Below the pieces are notes generated by a model. That model had not been told where the DNA came from and did not search any database. It saw only the letters and a program-made list of their open reading frames with translations. Shown here in pieces: positions 35,950 to 48,339 of a stretch of 64,000 nt of DNA. A program made the position numbers and the translations under genes. Source of the DNA: Raillietiella orientalis (lineage: Eukaryota); contig JAYWIR010000012.1 of the NCBI GenBank assembly GCA_036172245.1, forward strand, positions 2,480,001 through 2,544,000, in the 5' to 3' direction. Every line of letters starts with the position of its first letter. The stretch's first letter is position 1.

Positions 35950-37460
35950 GACTCGAAAGGGCAGCCTGCGGCCCGTCGAATGGTCCTCCGCAAAGAAGCG
36001 AGCAGTTCCGGAGGAGGCGAACTGCCGGCAGAGGGTTCGTTTAAAATGCGGCCACAAAACCCCACTGAAGCTCAGGTGGCCCGTGGGGGGACAGAAAGGA
36101 GGGACAGGCGCTGGGAAAACTTCGCCCTGCTTCGAACCTGACGCGCTTCCCCAAGCGGTTCTGCCGTTTCGACGACAACGAGGAGGATCCCAGGAATTCC
36201 TGAGCGTTCATTACCAGTCTTCAGATGCGCGTGCCAATTGGATCTTCTCTTAAGAGAGTTATCACCGAGGGAACAGTAAGGAATCAGCGCTGCAAAGAGG
36301 AATGGAAGGAAGATGTCGCCCCGTTGTGTTTCCTAAGGAATCGGGGGGGGGGGGAGTGCTCTCACGTGTCGTTCTGGACTTCGCTCCGGAAGAAATCCGC
36401 TGGTGCCACTCATGCGCAAGTCGTGCAAACGTTGCGTACCTCAGCAGCACACTTACGGCTCCTGCGGGTGCGCCCTTGGGGTGCAGAGTGCGGTGGATGC
36501 CGCCGAATGCACGATGCGCGACCACGGACCTGCGCAGTAGTACTGCGTGTGAGTTCCACAGAACACACGTTGGACCCGCGACGCGAACAGTTTCAGATCC
36601 CCACTCTGCCCACACTCAAGGGACCCACCGTGCCCGCAGGCAGGTCCTTGTACAAACCCTTTGCGTGCGTGAAGGATCGAGCTGTGCACGCAGGCAGGCG
36701 CAGTGCGCGTGCATCTGAACCAGAGTGTACGCATAGGTTCGGTGAGCACGAGGTCTACACGTAGCAGCATCTTTACGTCACCCAAGTTCGAGTCTGCATG
36801 CGGAACTTGACCTCCCGCTCCTGTGCTTCCTCTAGCGAGAAATTTCTGCTCTCCTCCAGACAAGGGATTTCCCTTCGTAGGTTTCCAGAGACGGAGTGGG
36901 AACAGGGAACGGTGCCACCTGCGCCTTCAAGGATGGCGTTCCCTTGCTTCTCTCATCAGTCACCGCCGCTGCAACCGACCCGAAGACGTCCGAGCGGCTC
37001 CGTCGCTCCGCGCCTCCTCTTTCTATTTCCCTTTCTTTCGGGGCACGTGCTGGTCACGAAGGTCGTTCAGCCCGCCTTTTCTCTCTTGCGCTCCGAGGTT
37101 TCTTGTGAGCATCCTGAAGCGGAGAGAGGAGGTGGTCAATGGGAGAGATCACCAGCTCTGCAAACAGCCGGGATTGATCCTCTAAACAGAAGGCTCGTTC
37201 GATCAGAGAGTGGCAGGTGCTCAGCCATGTCACAAAGAGACCTTTCGCTTTCCTGCCCAGTGTCTTAGGTTGCTAAGATTCACACTGAGATCTCCTACGC
37301 AGAAGCCCATCAAGAGGGCTTCTGAGGTTCCTGTGGGTCGCAGGGCCGGAAGCGACCTTCCCCGCGTGGCACGTTGACCTTCAGCGAGGGTGAAGACCCA
37401 TGAAGAGACCAGAAGGGAAAACCAAGAGTCCTACCATCTGCGAGTCCCTATTCTGCCACG
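35950..37460 (+). mobile_element. Decayed RTE-clade LINE, RT to C-terminus
   Basis: SGGGELPAEGSFK (~GxDGIPAExLK), NWIFS/RVITE (~DQIFxLRxIxE), PLCFL...SHVSFWTSLR (~LCFVD..HxxLWxxLR), VKDRAVHAG, GNGATCAF, RFLVSILK, TAGIDPL...WQVLSHVTKR (~WxGHVxR), KRPEGKTK (~KRPRGRPK). Confidence 0.65.
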
Positions 37461-37469
37461 GTGACTAGG

Positions 37470-37800
37470 TCTTGTGCTTTTGCACTTCGGACGATCCCTC
37501 GGGATTTTCGCGCAGCTCCCTTCGTTCTTGAGCGACCCGTGCAAACTGCTTGGACCAGGACAACCTCAAGCCAAGGAGGAGGTAGTTCCATCCTTCCAGA
37601 GTTTCCAGAATGGCAATTAGCGAATGGCTCTTTACCGACGCCTCCACTCCTTTCTCAGAGTTGGTTTCCAGGGTTGCATCCTGAGGTTTTCCTGCTGGGC
37701 ACGACTGATGGCGCCCCTCGGCTAGTGGCGGCAGGCTTTGCCTCCTTGTCCGATGTGGCGCATCGTCTGCTTCCACCTCACTGGGTTCGAGCATCCGGTG
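37470..37800 (-). mobile_element. Possible RTE LINE RT N-terminal fragment
   Basis: EPSEVEA, GVEASVK...AILETLEG (~IWETGExP) and RENPEG (~CxNYRG) in order. Confidence 0.35.
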
Positions 37801-37941
37801 ACACTCCGGGACTCTACCTCGATGCTTTCCGATGGCGACAGGAGCTGAGTGATACCTCAGCCTCCTCTTCTCCCTTTCCAGAGAGATCTTAATGAGGCTG
37901 CTGCTCCTTGCCTTCCCACACCGTCTTCGAAAATCCCTCGA

Positions 37942-38620
37942 GGCAGAGTGGGGGCTCGCGGATCGTAGGACTCTTGGTTTTATCTTCTGGTCTCTTCGTG
38001 GGTCTTTAGCCTCGCTTCGGGTCGACGTATCACGTGGAAGAGATCGCTCCTGGAGCTGTGACCCATGGGAGGCGCAGAAGCTCTCTTGATGGACTTCTGT
38101 GTAGGGAATCCCCGGCTCGCTCCAGGGCAGTGACAGGACCCTCAGCCGGAGGGCCGTCTATGGAGAAGCCGGATATGGCTACTGAGAGGGGTTGGTTCCA
38201 CCAGTTTGCTCCTCCCCTGGTTTGTCCTCTGCCTGTTCGGTGGCTCCTGCCCGCGGACGCAACGGGAAGGATCACTCACCTTGGAGGGGCCGGGTCCCCC
38301 TGGAAGGGAAGCGGCTCTCCTAGGACATTCCGCTCCGAGAACACGTTCCGCTGCCGGGAGTCTGCCTGCTCGGAGAACACGCCCTCCGGAGAAAGTTCCT
38401 TCTCCCGTGCGAGGCTCGCCGCTCGGACTCTGGAAGATGCGGAATGCCTTCCCAGCCGCTTCCCGATGTCTCGAGCGCGTATCAGATTTACAGCTCCCAA
38501 GATCTGTGATCTCTTCCGGATCCCTCACTCATTTCCTCCTCTCAAGTACTCAGATTGCATCATCCATCTCTGTTTGCCGATGTCCTTAGGACGCAGGGCC
38601 CGTCAAATGGAGATCTCAAT
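37942..38620 (-). mobile_element. Decayed RTE-clade LINE, 3' part
   Basis: EEITDLGSCKSD (~EEFTYLGSxIS), AAGKAF, RVLRAGRLP...LGAEC (~RVYRAxVLPxLLYGAETW), RCVRG, RTNQ...PLSSHIR. Its last 171 bp match the end of the + strand copy at 37287-37457. Confidence 0.65.
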
Positions 38621-38749
38621 TTGAGGGGTCCTTAAAAGCGCGCCTTTTCCCCTTCCTTCCTTTTTTGGGGAAGGGTGAAGGCGCTAGTAACCTGCCGATA
38701 CCCTGAGATGAGGAATCGATGGGGAGGGAGGCCGAAAATTCGGGAAGAC

Positions 38750-40100
38750 CAAGGGGGAGGATGCACATAGGTTTGGGACCCTATTTCTGAGGAATTCACC
38801 CCTTCCTCACGACGACCACTGGAGGAGGGCACGCCGGAAGAGAAAGAGGGAGGGGGGGAGTTTTCTCAGCAGCTCAGCCAAAGACGAAGAAAGGGACCGG
38901 GCGAGAGGGCTGCAGGCAGCTCCTCCTCCTCCAAGCTGCCTTTTCTTGGCAGTCAGGGGGACTTCCGCACTTTTCAGGAGATCTGCCATCACCCCATAGG
39001 TTTCGGGCAGAGGCGGAGCTGCAGCCATTCCCATGAGCGCGCTCCATGGCACCATCCGCATTCGGCGCTTCTGCGAGAGAGCTCGATGGTGGCGTATCAT
39101 CTGTCCTCCCTGTTGTCCAGGCGCTTCCCTGCCATGCTCACCCCCTGCCGCTCGTTGCACCTCCATGGACTCGCAGCCCTCGTGGCACAGGGATGAATGA
39201 ACCTCCGGGTTGGTCGGAGCGGACCTGTGGGTGAGGCGCCCGTGTCCCAGGTCGTGTGCAACCTGGGGAGAATAGGCCTGCGTGAAAAGAGGGAGGCACA
39301 TTCCTCGCGGGGGATGCGTAGGCGAACCCAAGACCGGCCTACACCGAGAAGGGAGATTGGCGTGCCCTACCGCCTCCTCATCTGCACGGGGTCGCTGCAG
39401 TGTGGACGGTGACCCCTCCGAGGAAAGCGGGAGGGAGAGAGAACAGTCAAAGGGAAAGGGGTTGGGACATCGGTCTCGGAGACAGAGAAGTCGGTCGCCA
39501 CGGGCGACGGGAGGGCGATCTGAGGACTCGGATGGCGGCTTGGAAACCGGTGGAATTGGAGAGGATGTCTGGCGTCTCCTGGAAGGAACGGACGAGGCTC
39601 AGCCCTGCTCCGGATCCTGAGGGAGCTGGACGGAAGCCCTTGTGGGACTTCGCGCGAGGACATTCTGGGGAGGCGACCTGGCGTTCGCGGGACCTCCATC
39701 AGACCGCATCTCTTCCCCTCCCGCACAGGAAGAGGTGTCTCTCTGACCTTGAGGTTCCACCCTGAATCCTTCTCCAAGGCAATGGGAGTGAAACCGGGAT
39801 GGAGGGAGAAGAAGAAAGCGATCCGGGAGCACTTTCGGCTCTGAGGAAAGGCTCCGGGAAAGATGATCTTCAAGGAGTACACTGAAGTAGGGGCGAAGGA
39901 GAATTGCCCTCAGGGCAGGGGTCCTCCCCTTCGCTTCCGGAGCCCTCCACCGCAGTCTCGTCCTCGCCAGTGGGAAGCTCGATCAATCCAGAGACGTCCT
40001 CGGACCAGCTTCCTTTCTCCTCCAGGCGGTTGCCTGCTCCCCTTGATGTTGGATCCACCGCCGGGAAAGGAGGCGAATCCAGTGGCTCCACCTTTATCTT
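38750..40100 (-). mobile_element. Decayed RTE-clade LINE
   Basis: LEEKG...GLIELPTGEDETAV...SPSPLL (~LxExG..LIxxLYxGQEAxV..LSPLLF), VYSLKIIF, REGKRCGL, FLGGVT, EGCESM (~YGCESW), KRLD, RRMRMVPW, KKRQL. Spacing is inflated by indels. Confidence 0.45.
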
Positions 40101-42229
40101 CAGGTGGAGCCGACAGGCGATTGCATCCTGCCTCTATTTCTGACTGAGGCTCCTCCTCCGAGAGCTGGAGATGGCATGCGCCCGGCGGTGGGGCGTCCAG
40201 CAGCGGATCCTTCCCATTCCCCTCCCTCCATCCTTTCGCCTCCATTCCACGCCCAGAGACTGCGGCGCCGCCCGTTCCGAGGATCCCAAAAAGGTTCTCC
40301 GCTCTCCTTTCGCGTCCCGATCGTCTCCGGGACGATGACCAAACGGCCGAGCCTGCCTCTCCCGGGGCGGCGGCGGAGGCCGCGAGGTCAGGTCCGCATC
40401 GCCACGGAAAACAGAGCTTTCGCTTCCCCCGCCGCCGCGTCCTGCTTCTTCCCCTCAAGGGCTGGAAGCGTCGGCCTAGGAGGAGACTCCCCCCTGTGGG
40501 AGAAGAGGAGGATTTGCGTTCTCCAGCAGAGAGGAGAGAGGGGCAGGTGGCTGCTGCATCGGCGGGGCCCTCCGGTCGGGAGCAGCGCTCGTCCCGGGTT
40601 CGCCCGCTCCTCGCAGGGAGTCCTCAGTCGTTTCCTTCAGTTAGAGAAGCAACAAAAAGGGAAGGAGGGAACCGAACTCATCCCCCGGGGGAGCTCCGCC
40701 AGTCAGGAGGAGGTTCTTCCCTCCCCTTTTCAGAAATTTCCTCCAGGATGAAAGCGGGAGGCTTCCCTCCCCTGCGTCCGCGCTCCCTCCTGCGATGGCA
40801 CCGTCCCGAGCGGCGGCGAGTCACCTGCGTGACGCGCTGTTTGGGAGGGGCCAGTGAAAGGAGGTCTCCCCCCGAGTGCCGTATCCATGCCGGCCCTCCC
40901 TCCCCAGCTTCCTCCCGCTGGTGTCTCCTCTTTCGTCCGCGCGGCGGGGGTCCCCCCGGCCGCCAAAAAGGGAGAGCACGCGGGAGGTCGCTAACGTCCG
41001 CGCTAATGGGGACCCGCCGCCGGAGGGAAAAGCCGCGGTGTCTCCGCCGCCTCGACCAATCGCGACCCTGGCTGCGGGTCCTCACGAAACCTCAGGCGTT
41101 TTCCCCCTCCCCCCCTTTTTTCTCTCTCCTCTTCCTTTTTTTTTCTTCTTCTCCTTCCTGGACCCGTTCCCGGAGCCACTTCGGATGCTCCATGCCTCTG
41201 CAGCGGCTCTCCCGTCAGCGCCCCGTCCCGGAGGCGGCTGCTCCTTGCAGACGAGGAACGCAGGGAAGGAGACGTCCCTCCTCCTTCCTGAGCCGCCGCC
41301 TCTCCGTCTCGATTTTTTGCTGTCCTTGCTTTCGAGTTCCTCCAAGAAGGCAAGAGGCCTCTCCTCCCGCTCTTCAGAGGAGGAGACTGCCGGGATGCAG
41401 AAGGAGAGACGCCGCCGAGAGGGCGACGGCCGGGTCAAGGAGGATCGGCTCCAAGAGAGGCGTTTCCTGGGAGCCCTTCCCGGATTCCAGGGCGCATCCG
41501 ATGCAGGAATAGTGCCACGGCCGGGATGGGAGGAAGGGACGGAATTCCGCTTCCCCCTTTTCCTCCCCTTTCCCCGTTCCGTCATTCGCGCCACGCGCCT
41601 TCTGTGTCTCCTTCCTCTCCTTCCCGGAGGAAACCGCCGCTCGCCGGACCAAGCCTCCGGCTTCCGGTCCGGGAACCAAGGCGGCTCTCGGAGGGGGATG
41701 GAGAAGAAAAGGGCGGATGCTGAGGTTCCCACCCCGTGGGATTTCCCCCCTCCCCTTGCGCTCTTCCCGGACGGAGGAGCCTCCGCGCCTTCCCCGATTC
41801 CCGCAGAGGAGCTTCCGAGAATGGAGGCAGGCACCCTCCTAGAGCGCCCGCCGGCGCGGAGGTTCTCTCTGGGCTTTCCGCGAGGTTGCAGGGACGAGGA
41901 GATGAAGGAGGAGAACATGGGGCGTCAGCCGGCTGATCCTATGGAGCGGATCCGACGGACCTCGACCTCGCCGACCCACTCGCCCCTCCCACTCTTATGA
42001 ATCGGCAGGACAAACGAGGTAGGGATGGGGGAGGAATGGGGAGAGGATGGTCAGGGGACAGGGGCTCCGCCGAGATCCCCTCAGTGTCTAGGAGAGAGAC
42101 TAGGATAGCGGAGGAGTCGGTAGCGCTCCTGGGAGACACTGAGTCGTCCAGACAACGATCTTCCCGGTATCCCGGGGTCTTCCCTCCCAATGAATGAAGG
42201 AGGCTGGGAGGAATTGTGTCGTTGATGGG

Positions 42230-42640
42230 GTGGACAAGAGCCCGCGGGGAATTTCCGAGAAGAGCAGAGGGTCAAGGAATTACTGATGCAGGCTTTCCAT
42301 GAAGCTCTGAAATTCGGGATGTACGAGTGGAAAAAAAGATGCTGGTGATGGTGATGAGAAGGACGAAGGAGAGCAAGGAAGGGGGGAGAGAAAGAGGGTT
42401 GTCTCCCAGGTGTCTCTGAGCATGTGCAGTGGGAGGACCTGGAGCAGCGGAATCTTCTTACAGATTGAAGCTGGGATTGCATTTGCGGCCCGTCAGGCTC
42501 TCTGGGAAGGCAGGACCTCTCCTCCTGCCCCTTCCCTTTTTCTGAGGATAGGCTTGAGCTGACCAGCCTCCTGTCTTTGCTCACCGCGGCTCCAGGGTAA
42601 GGTCCAAGGAGCTCGGAAGGCAGGAAGAAACTCAAAGGAA
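42230..42640 (+). mobile_element. Possible RTE LINE fragment
   Basis: EEQRVKELLMQAFHEALKFGM..KK/VMV (~EEELxxLL..ExxKxGLxINxKKTKVM), EDLEQ, RIGLS. Confidence 0.4.
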
Positions 42641-45600
42641 AGGGGGAGCAGACGGCGGCAGAGAATCCAGGGGCTCGTTAGATGGCTCCTCTTCCTCCTC
42701 CCTCCTTCCCTTTTTCTCGTCCGCGTTTCCGCGACGACGGCTCACTGCACCACCGGAGGATCTCCTCCCGGGAGCTCGTCGGGAAGAGATGAGGAGGCAG
42801 GGTGGAGGTTGGCGCGCAACCTCTTCCCCTGCGGACCGCTGAAAACTCAGGGGATAAGGAAGAAAAAAAAAAAGAAAAAGAAAAAACGGGACAGAAGCAT
42901 CCGACTAGCTCCAGACGGGGATGCTGCAGCTCTGATCTTCTTTTGTTTCCTTCCCAGAATCCCTTCTGCCTCTCCTTCCCTTTATCTCTGCATCAGTGTG
43001 TTAAGAAAGGAAGAAAGGGGGAGAGGGAGAGGAGGAGAAGAAGAAGAGGAAGGAGGAAAAAAAAGGGAAGGAGATGATCGGGCGCGTTTTCAATTAGGGG
43101 AGATCGTGCTGCAGGAGGGGATGTGGAAGATGCGATAAGTTCCGGCGGCTGGGCTCTTCCACCCGGTCGAACTCGCGGACCGCCCGCTTCCTCTCGGAGG
43201 TCGCCTCTAGCCGCGGCCAAGGCGGCGCGGCCTCGCCGGCCAGCCGGGACAGGTAAGGAAAAGGAGAAGGAAAAGGAGAAGGAAAAGGAGGAGGAGGTCG
43301 GGAAGGGGGGGGGGGGTAGGGAGGAAGGGAGCAGTGGTCGGAGATTCGACAGTGCCCCCCCTGCGGACTGCCCTCTTCCCGCCGGCGCTGTCATCCCCAT
43401 CCCTGGAGACAGGTCTCGGTGCCCTCTAAGGAAAGGTCACCCTCCCTTGGTACTCATGCCCCCGGGAAGGCGAGAGACGAAGAGAACCAATCTCCGGCCT
43501 TCGCCGCTTGAGTGCCGCTAAGGAGTCAGGAGGGAGCTACGAACTGCTGGTCGGGGAGGTCGCCCTCGGCTGGTGGTTTCCACTTAGGTTCCTGGATGGG
43601 GCACAAGGGGTCATCCTCCACCATACTGCCCGCCAGGGAGATGCTGGGTTCGAGGCTTCGCCCCGTGGCTTCCTGGAAGAAGAGCGAAGGGAGGTACGTG
43701 TAAACCTTTTCATCCCTTCCCCGCCTCCCTCCCTGGCGACTTACCGACGGCGGAAGGTGGCGTTACCCTGGAGGGTCCGAGGAGTAGTGCCGTGGAGAAG
43801 ACCCCCTCGCCCCATCTCCTTTCCTCACATTGATTCGTCGATGACAGCGGCGCGACTCTGCAGGGCCCCGCCTGTCCCGCGTGGGGGGGACGAGGGAGGC
43901 GATCGACCTCTGCGTCAATGGCCACTAGTCAAAGTCTCCACAGCAGTGGCAGCAGCAATAGCAGCAACAGCAGCAGCAGTTTCCTCTTTCGCTTCTTTCC
44001 TTCTGACCGCGGCATCGGCTTCCCTCCCCCATCTCCCCCTCCTCCTCTTTGGCGCCTTCCTCTCGCGCACGCCGCCTAATGAGCGAGGGGTCCCGAACGG
44101 AGACCCCTGATTGCTCAGATCCGGTAGCTGCTGCAGAACCACTGATTAGCACGCATCGCCTCTCACCTACGCGAGCGGGCGAAGTGGGTCCTCCGCTTGT
44201 TCGGGGTTGTTTACATTGCAGGGTGGGGAATTCGGTCCGGGGCCGCCGCAATTGAAGCCCACGAGGGGGAGGCGAAAATTGACGGGTTGCGCAGAACCCC
44301 CGCGAAAAAAACGGCCGTGGCACCGCCCCCTCCTTTCCGGGGGGACGGACCACCTTGACATCTCTCTCTTCCTTTCCCCCTCCCATTTCGCCGCCCGACG
44401 TCGCAGAGGGTCGCGGAGACGGGAGGGCGAAGAGGGAAACACGCACGCGCGCACCCGTCCGTCCCCGCCCTCCTCGCGACTTCCCTCCTCCCTCCGGCCG
44501 CCTCCTTCCGCCGCCGCTCCAACCGCCTCTTTCATCCGGTGGCGATCCCCCGCTCATCCCGGCGATTTGAGGGACGTGGGTGGGTGGCGGCAACGGCACC
44601 TAATTGGGATGGATGGGGTTCGCCTCCTCTTCCCCTTCCCACCGTGCCGCCGCCTCGCCTCCGAGGCCGACGGGGAACGATCCTGAGAGGCACTCCCACG
44701 CAGGAAGAGCGCCGGACGCCGGCTGTCTCCGCCGCCACCTCCCCCTTCCCTCCCCCTCCTCCCTCCAAACTGAAAGTCTCTTAAAAAGGAGGCTGGGCTC
44801 ACCGGGAGGCTGGGTAAACACGCCGCAGGTGTGGTCCCCCTCGCGGCCCTCGCGTCGGCGGCTGCTCGCCTTCTAGTCTCCAGTATGAAGTGGAAGAGCA
44901 AAGACAGAAAGAGAAAAGAGGGAGCAAGGGATGGAGGACGAGGAGGAGGGAGCCCACGCGCGCGCAGAAACACACTTGCAGCGGGGTAGCGGGACAGACA
45001 GAGCGGGATCGGCAAGACCCAAACGACGGGGAATGCTCCCTGCCCGCTTTCGCTGGGTTCCACGTCGAAGATTCCTTTTGCTTGATCTCTCCCTTCCTTG
45101 ATCTCCTCCTCACTGTCACCTCTTTTACTGCTTGCTCCCACCCTCCACTACCTATTCCAATTCCTCCCTCCTCTTTCCTTTCCTTCGTCCTGCTGCTCTC
45201 TCTTCTTCTGCCTTCCTTTCTCCCTTCCTTCTCCTCCGTCTCTTTTGCGTTCGGCGCAGGGGACCCTCCGGGAGCAGATCGGAACCCGCTTGGACACTTT
45301 GTCGGAGGAAGAGCTCAACCAAGGCGCCGATGGCCCTGGAAAGAGCGGAGGAAGGTGGACAAAGGAATGAAGAGGAAGGACTACATTCCCTTCTCTCTCT
45401 CCCCCTCGTCCTTTCCTTTCCTGGATCCCTGCTTCTTTTTTCCCTTCTCTCGGGTGGGAAGCGACTGCCGGGGAGGCTCGGGCCTCGTGGACCAGCAGAG
45501 AAGAGATCGAGGTAACTCTGCCGCCTCTGCGGAAGGCGGATGTCTCCGAAATGCCCTCCCCCCTTCCTCCAGAGACGTGGGCCCGCGCGCTCGCGCAGCA

Positions 45601-46299
45601 GCTGCCTCCCGAAATCCCCCGCGTGACACACCAATCATCCCCAATAACTCCGTGGTCAAGCGGTAATCTTCTCGTTCGCCGTCATTGGTTAAGCATCATT
45701 AACTCGAACCCCATCTTTTCCCCGTTTTCTTCCTGCCTAACTTTCCCCCTTCCCCCCGCGATCCCATCCACGACAGTAATAAGCTCATAAGGGAGCCGGA
45801 GGAAAGGAGGGAGAAGGGAGAGGATGGAGAGGGAGGAAGGCATAACTCATATCGCCGAAGACGTCCCTCTTCGGCTGGTGGCGCGGGCACATTGGACGGA
45901 TCCATCCGATTGCCCTCCAAAGTATCCATCCGGCAAATTTCTATCACCTGATTAATCCCCGGCTTCTCTCCTGCGGCGGGCGGCGGATCAGCGAAGGGTG
46001 ACGTCACGCTCACTCCGCGCTCCCCTCCGCCGCCGCCGCGGCCCAGAAACCGGCGGAGGGACAGCTTTCTGCTCACTGGAGCTTCCGGCCGCCGCCGCGA
46101 CCTCTCCTCTCTATCGCACCCTTCTTCGTCTCTGACCCTCCCTTTCCCACCTCGAGCCTCTTCGGGAAGCATCCCTGGAACGTCGGGGAGAAGGAGGTTA
46201 GGAGGAGGAATTTCCTCCGCAGGAGGGAGAGGAAACGCCTCCCGGATCGGAGTCTGGAGGGAGGAAGCCGCAAAGCAGCGCTTCGAGAGCCGCCCTGCC

Positions 46300-46650
46300 A
46301 GCTTCTTTGCTGACTGTCATCCACACCGGGAGGATGAGAGGAAGAGCGCTGCTGGACCGACTTCTGCGGGACGCCGATGACCCCTCCCTTCTTTTTCCCG
46401 GAGCTCCGAGCTTTCGTGTTGTGGGTCGCCGGCAGGGAGCCAGTATCATCCCGCTCTTCGATGAACAGAACTCCTGCAGGATACGCTGGAGACTCATCTC
46501 AAACTCCAGATGCTTTACCGCGTCTCTTCAGAGCGGGAGAAGGAGGAGGAAGAGGGCGTTCGGACGGGGACTTCGCCGAGGAGGTCTTCTGCAACAACTG
46601 TCTCGGGGTCCGCCAGAGTCTCCGGGGCACCTCCGCCTTGGGTGCGGTGG
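46300..46650 (+). mobile_element. Decayed LINE RT catalytic region
   Basis: GRALLDRLLRDADDPSLL (DADD at 46370-46381, ~YADD), C..RWRLISN, GDFAEEVFCNNCLGV (~GxxIEEVxxYKYLGV). Confidence 0.5.
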
Positions 46651-47149
46651 CTCGTCGAGAAGACTTCTCTCCCGTGTTTCTGTCCGTTCCTTCGTCGTTT
46701 TCGGGGAAACCGGAGGAGGTCACCGGGAAGAGTGACGTCGCCAGTACCGATGACTTTCCTTTAAGCCATCTCTTGCGGTGATCCTCGGCTTCCTTGCATC
46801 TCCTGCCCCTGCACAGGGAGGCGGCTTTCAGAACCATACGGGAGGAGAAGGACCTGACTCTGGGTTCCCGGACGAGGTCCTGAGATTCCCTGAACAGAGT
46901 CTTCTCTCGCCTTTCCCTCTCTCGCTTCTTCCTTTCTTTCCCGAAAACCTCGCTCCCCGAGCGCCCGTTCTTCTTCGGCAAGGAGGTTTTTTTTCCCAGG
47001 AGAATTCCCGTTCGCCACAGTATCGTTAGGAACGTCCTCAGTTTGTTCCCGGAGAACCCATTTTTCTTTTTTTCCTCCCACTTTTCCGTTCCTTCTTCCA
47101 GCTCCGGAACGAGCCCCGTAGACGAGACGTCCCGGAGGACAGGGACGGT

Positions 47150-47150
<1 letters not shown>

Positions 47151-47183
<33 letters not shown>
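47151..47183 (+). repeat. (GA)n microsatellite
   Basis: Direct reading. Confidence 0.9.
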
Positions 47184-47186
<3 letters not shown>

Positions 47187-47287
47187 TCCTGGAATGCTCA
47201 GGAATCCTGGAGGAATCGTACCAGCCGCCTTCCATGTTCGGGCAACGACAGAGGAGGAGACAAACACACACACACACACAACAAGAG

Positions 47288-47293
47288 CATCAT

Positions 47294-47341
<48 letters not shown>
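47288..47341 (+). repeat. Compound microsatellite (CAT)8(CAG)10
   Basis: Direct count; preceded by an (AC)n run. Confidence 0.95.
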
Positions 47342-47345
<4 letters not shown>

Positions 47346-48339
47346 GCACTTCGTCGAGAGTTCTTGCGGCTGCTGCGCGTCGTTAAAAAGGGACATCCAT
47401 CAGATGCGGTTCGTTTGCCCGCGCGCACACGAGACGCCTTTCCCGGCTCCTGATTGGGGGGAAGCTGGCGCGCCATCGGCAGGTAATGCGACTCCTGTCA
47501 ACATCGGGGGAGGATTCCGCCAAGCAACTGCGTGTCCCTTGTCAGCACGGTTATTACGGGGAGCGTGGGCAGGGAGCAGGAGGAGGAGGAGGGGGAGGAG
47601 GACGGACGGGGGGAGAAGGGAAGGGAAGAAAAAGCGCAGATGGGCACTTGCGGCGGGACTCCGCACGAGCACGCGTCCGGAAAGTCAGCGTTCCTGGCTT
47701 CCTACCCTTCTCTCCCCCTCGTCCTCCCTCGCCCGCCGCTTCCACGGAGAGGCCAGGGCAGGGAGTAGTCCCCCGATGCGAAAAAGCTCGCCTGCCTCTA
47801 ATCCCCGCCACCCGCTGGAGAGGATCGCGCTCGAGGGGGGGGGGGGAGAAGTCGGGATGCTGCGATGCTTCCTTCCTCTCCTCGCACGCGGCCCGGCTAC
47901 CCGGGGCACCGCTCGTCCGCTGCCGAGAGAGACCGACAGGTGGCGCCTCGGGAGTTCGTTTCCATTTTCCGCCGTTCTTCCTTCGGGACGACTCTCTCGC
48001 CCCGGTCGGATCAGGATGAGGCAACGTCCGCCGAACCCTCCCGCGACGGGTTCCGGTCCGTGGTGGCCTCCGACATCCGCCCAACGGCCGCGCCGGCCTG
48101 CTGGCGCAGCGCCACCCTTGCTGCCGACCGAAGAGGTCCACTTGCTGCATGCAATGGAGAAAATGCCCCATGTGTCCGGTTCGGCAGGCACCCAACCCTT
48201 CCCCTTCGGATGGGCACACGAGCGGTGGGGGTTCGGAGCTCCGACAAGGGATCCACACCCTCCACCTCTCGAATCTTCCTCTTCCACTCAGCCCATCCCT
48301 GGCTCCTGTTCTCTCTTCCTCTCCTGATCGGCCGGGAAC

